The notes below the pieces were generated by a model that had not been told where the DNA came from, did not search any database, and saw nothing but the letters and a program-made list of their open reading frames with translations. A stretch of 24,000 nucleotides of DNA from Fusobacterium sp. (GTDB lineage Bacteria > Fusobacteriota > Fusobacteriia > Fusobacteriales > Fusobacteriaceae). The stretch's first letter is position 1. Each line of letters opens with the position of its first letter. The stretch is from NCBI RefSeq assembly GCF_046462455.1, contig NZ_JBKGVC010000021.1:9966-33965 (forward strand). The letters run 5' to 3'. Below, piece by piece: positions 21,505 to 24,000 of the stretch. The position numbers and the translations under genes were made by a program.

Positions 21505-22917
21505 CTATTTGACTCTGATAACTTTAACAGAGTTTGTAGTTCCTTTTTGGAATATTTTTTCTCCACAAGTTGCAACTACAATATCCCCAGGTTGTGCAAG
21601 TTCTAATTCAACTGAAGCTCTTTCTGCAAGTTCAAAGAACTCTTCAAGATTTTCAATAGTTTTATCACAATATGCCTTTACTCCTCTAAGGATAGTCATT
21701 TGATTTGCTGTGATTTCGTCATTTGTAATACCTAAAATTGTTGCTTCTGGGAAGTATCTTCTCATATCTCTTACAGCTCTTCCTGACTGAGTAGCTACAG
21801 CTATTACTTTAGCTCCCAGCTCTTCACTTACATCAGCAGTTCCTTTTGCAACTGCAGAAGTTATAGTAACCTTACGTTTGCTCAGATTTCTTTGAACACT
21901 TACCATAGGGTCGATTTTCTCAGCAACATTGTTCATCACTTTTACTGCTTCAACTGGATATTTACCTTTAGCTGATTCTCCTGAAAGCATTACACAGTCA
22001 GTTCCATCTAATATGGCATTTGCAACGTCATTCACTTCTGCTCTTGTAGGTCTTGGATTCTTGATCATAGAGTCAAGCATCTGAGTGGCAGTGATTACTA
22101 CCTTTCCTACTTCATTACATCTTTTAATGATCATTTTTTGAGCAACTGGTACTGCTTCAACTGGTATTTCAACACCCAGATCCCCTCTTGCTACCATGAT
22201 ACCATCTGATACAGCAAGGATCTCTTCAAAGTTGTTAAGTCCTTCTCTGTTTTCTATTTTAGAAATTATTTTTACTCTTTTTCCACCATTTTCATCCAAT
22301 ACTTTTCTTACTTCTCTTACGTCATCAGCTTTTCTTATAAATGAAGCTGCAACATAATCTATCTTCTGTTCACAACCGAATTTAAGGTCATTTATATCTT
22401 TTTCAGCAAGTGCTGGCAGGTTAACATTTACATTTGGAAGGTTTACACCTTTATTTTCTCCAAGTTCCCCAGCGTTTTGTGCAATACATTTAACTTCATT
22501 TCCAGCTATTTCTTTAACTGTGAAAGCTAAAAGTCCGTCATCAATAAGCACTGTATCTCCTGGTTTCAAGTCTTTTGCAAATCCTTCATAAGTAACTGCA
22601 ACTCTTTCTTTATTACCGATTACAGACTTATCTGTTGTAATTGTAAACTCCTGTCCTGCATCTATAGTGACATCCTGTCCACCTTCAAGTTTTATAGTTC
22701 TTATTTCAGGCCCTTTTGTATCCAATAATAGAGCTGCTCTGATTCCTGTTTCTTTTTGAGCCTGTCTGAAGTTAACTATTCTGTTACCGTGTTCTACATA
22801 ATCCCCATGTGAGAAATTAAGTCTCATCATATTCATTCCTGATTGCAGAAGTGTTTTTAACATTTCCACTGATTCTGTTCTAGGTCCAATTGTACAAACT
22901 ATTTTAGTTTTTTTCAA
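21505..22917 (-). CDS. pyk: Pyruvate kinase
   Basis: Motifs MRLNFSHGD, KIENREGL and MVARGDLGVEIP. The track begins at GTG 22926, which abuts the SD. TTG at 22915-22917 lies 6 nt after GAGGTG and yields the canonical N-terminus (M)KKTKIVCTIGPRTES. Confidence 0.95.
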   Translation of the reverse strand: MKKTKIVCTIGPRTESVEMLKTLLQSGMNMMRLNFSHGDYVEHGNRIVNFRQAQKETGIRAALLLDTKGPEIRTIKLEGGQDVTIDAGQEFTITTDKSVIGNKERVAVTYEGFAKDLKPGDTVLIDDGLLAFTVKEIAGNEVKCIAQNAGELGENKGVNLPNVNVNLPALAEKDINDLKFGCEQKIDYVAASFIRKADDVREVRKVLDENGGKRVKIISKIENREGLNNFEEILAVSDGIMVARGDLGVEIPVEAVPVAQKMIIKRCNEVGKVVITATQMLDSMIKNPRPTRAEVNDVANAILDGTDCVMLSGESAKGKYPVEAVKVMNNVAEKIDPMVSVQRNLSKRKVTITSAVAKGTADVSEELGAKVIAVATQSGRAVRDMRRYFPEATILGITNDEITANQMTILRGVKAYCDKTIENLEEFFELAERASVELELAQPGDIVVATCGEKIFQKGTTNSVKVIRVK

Positions 22918-23026
22918 TATCCTCACCTCAAATTTTATATTCTAAATCTTGTCTTGTTTACACAGTTTTTTTAATATACCCATTCCCAATAATTAACCTT
23001 TATGATTCTGAACTTACCTATATTGC

Positions 23027-23055
23027 ATTCTATACCAAGTGGGATTTTTAATCAA
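23027..23055 (-). promoter_or_regulatory. Candidate pyk promoter
   Basis: Minus strand TTGATT (23050-23055), 17-nt spacer, TAGAAT (23027-23032). This implies a 5' UTR of about 100 nt. Confidence 0.3.
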
Positions 23056-23370
23056 GAAAATTAAAGTACAGTTTTTAATCTTTTTATGGGTAGTTTTTGA
23101 CTTAGAATAAATTTACTTTCACTTTTACAAATCCCCTTGTTTCCTATAATGGAATAGGGATAAGCAACTATTTTCCCAAAGAAAATTCATTCTATTTTTT
23201 CCCCTGTCAAAAATTTTTCATGTATATTAATTTTTTGTATAAAACAGACAAAATTTACTTTATTTTTTGATAAAAACTGATTTTAAAAATTTTATCAGTT
23301 GACATTTTAATAATCTTATAGATTATTTTTCATATATAGTTAACACATGTTAACTTAAAGTTGATAAATT

Positions 23371-23412
23371 AAAAGCACCCCTGCTAAATGATACTTGTAT
23401 CTCCAGGGATGC
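23371..23412 (-). terminator. Probable intrinsic terminator after nanE
   Basis: Minus strand GCATCCCTG...CAGGGGTGC forms a 9-bp stem with one G-U and an inner GATAC/GTATC pairing, followed by TTTTAATTT. It begins about 43 nt after the nanE stop. Confidence 0.5.
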
Positions 23413-23454
23413 CCTTCTAACTATTTCATCTTATAAGATGCTTAATTTTTAACT

Positions 23455-24000
23455 CTATTTTTCCATCTCATTTACAAATTTTCTAGTTATCTGCTGAGGT
23501 CTTGTTATAGCTCCCCCTACAACTACTGCAAAGGCACCTATTTCAAGTGCTTTTCTTGCTTTTGCAGGAGTATCTAGGTTTCCTTCTCCAATTACAGGAA
23601 TAGAAACAGCAGCCACTACCTTCTCCAGCTCTGTTAAAGGGTCATTTCCCTTAGTATACTCTGTGTAGCCTACAAGTGTTGTCCCTACTATGTCAAACCC
23701 TATTTTCTGTGCTTCTACAGCTTCTTCCACACATGAGATATCAGCCATAAAAACCTGATCTGGATATTTTGTCTTTGCTTCTTTCATAAGATCTTCTAGT
23801 TTACGACCATCAGGTCTTTCTCTTTTAGTTCCATCTACTGCTATTATATCCACACCTTCTGCAGCAAGAGCATCTATCTCTTTCATTGTAGGAGTGATAT
23901 AAACCTGATTATCTCCATATTGTTCTTTTATTATCCCGATTATAGGCAGGGATACATTTTTCTTTATCTCTTTTATATCTGCAACAGTATTGGCTCTTAT
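23455..24000 (-). CDS. nanE: N-acetylmannosamine-6-phosphate 2-epimerase, C-terminal part (start beyond window end)
   Basis: The track ORF starts at an internal Met (23886). The frame stays open to 24000 (38 further codons checked, no stop), reading ...[58 protein letters not shown]..., which is typical of NanE. Confidence 0.88.
   Translation of the reverse strand: MRANTVADIKEIKKNVSLPIIGIIKEQYGDNQVYITPTMKEIDALAAEGVDIIAVDGTKRERPDGRKLEDLMKEAKTKYPDQVFMADISCVEEAVEAQKIGFDIVGTTLVGYTEYTKGNDPLTELEKVVAAVSIPVIGEGNLDTPAKARKALEIGAFAVVVGGAITRPQQITRKFVNEMEK

Noticed and set aside
23125-23190. 21-aa minus-strand sORF (MNFLWENSCLSLFHYRKQGDL) in the pyk upstream spacer
   Set aside because: It has only a weak purine tract (GGGGA) 10 nt upstream and no promoter I trust. 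Nothing distinguishes it from chance.

Overview
This is an AT-rich, gene-dense chromosomal window. Its gene content and style (abundant MORN/YwqK-type repeat protein, GGAGG Shine-Dalgarno sites, very AT-rich spacers) fit a Fusobacterium-like low-GC anaerobe, but that cannot be confirmed without a database search. I found no rRNA, tRNA, CRISPR array or intact mobile element.

Gene order, left to right:
- A 5'-truncated NSS-family Na+-dependent amino-acid transporter (minus strand, runs off the window start).
- MORN-repeat protein plus HAD hydrolase.
- azlCD.
- A glucose-family PTS EIICB, divergent from a lone Mu/Tn552-transposase-like HTH protein.
- An ebg-type cluster: LacI-family regulator divergent from ebgA-ebgC-APC permease.
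- A tightly packed xylA-xylB-nhaC-like-patB/malY-like operon, divergent from a ROK-family xylR.
- eno, pyk and a 5'-truncated nanE.

The most interesting signal is not in the ORF track. The NSS transporter is preceded by a promoter and a strong SD with a 39-codon leader ORF carrying three consecutive Trp codons (C-W-W-W). The leader also has an 11/12-bp long-range pairing that ties the WWW-proximal segment to the leader stop codon. A canonical intrinsic terminator sits about 30 nt before the transporter start. Together these look like a leader-peptide (tryptophan-sensing) transcription attenuator.

Secondary leads:
- An apparently catalytically degenerate, IR-less transposase-like HTH protein that may be an exapted regulator of the adjacent PTS gene.
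- Conserved ebgA-ebgC-permease synteny.
- The odd fusion of xylAB with an NhaC-family transporter and a C-S lyase.
- Several palindromic operator-like sites.
- An unexplained spacer of about 450 nt upstream of pyk.

All calls rest on by-eye translation and motif reading. No searches or folding computations were run.
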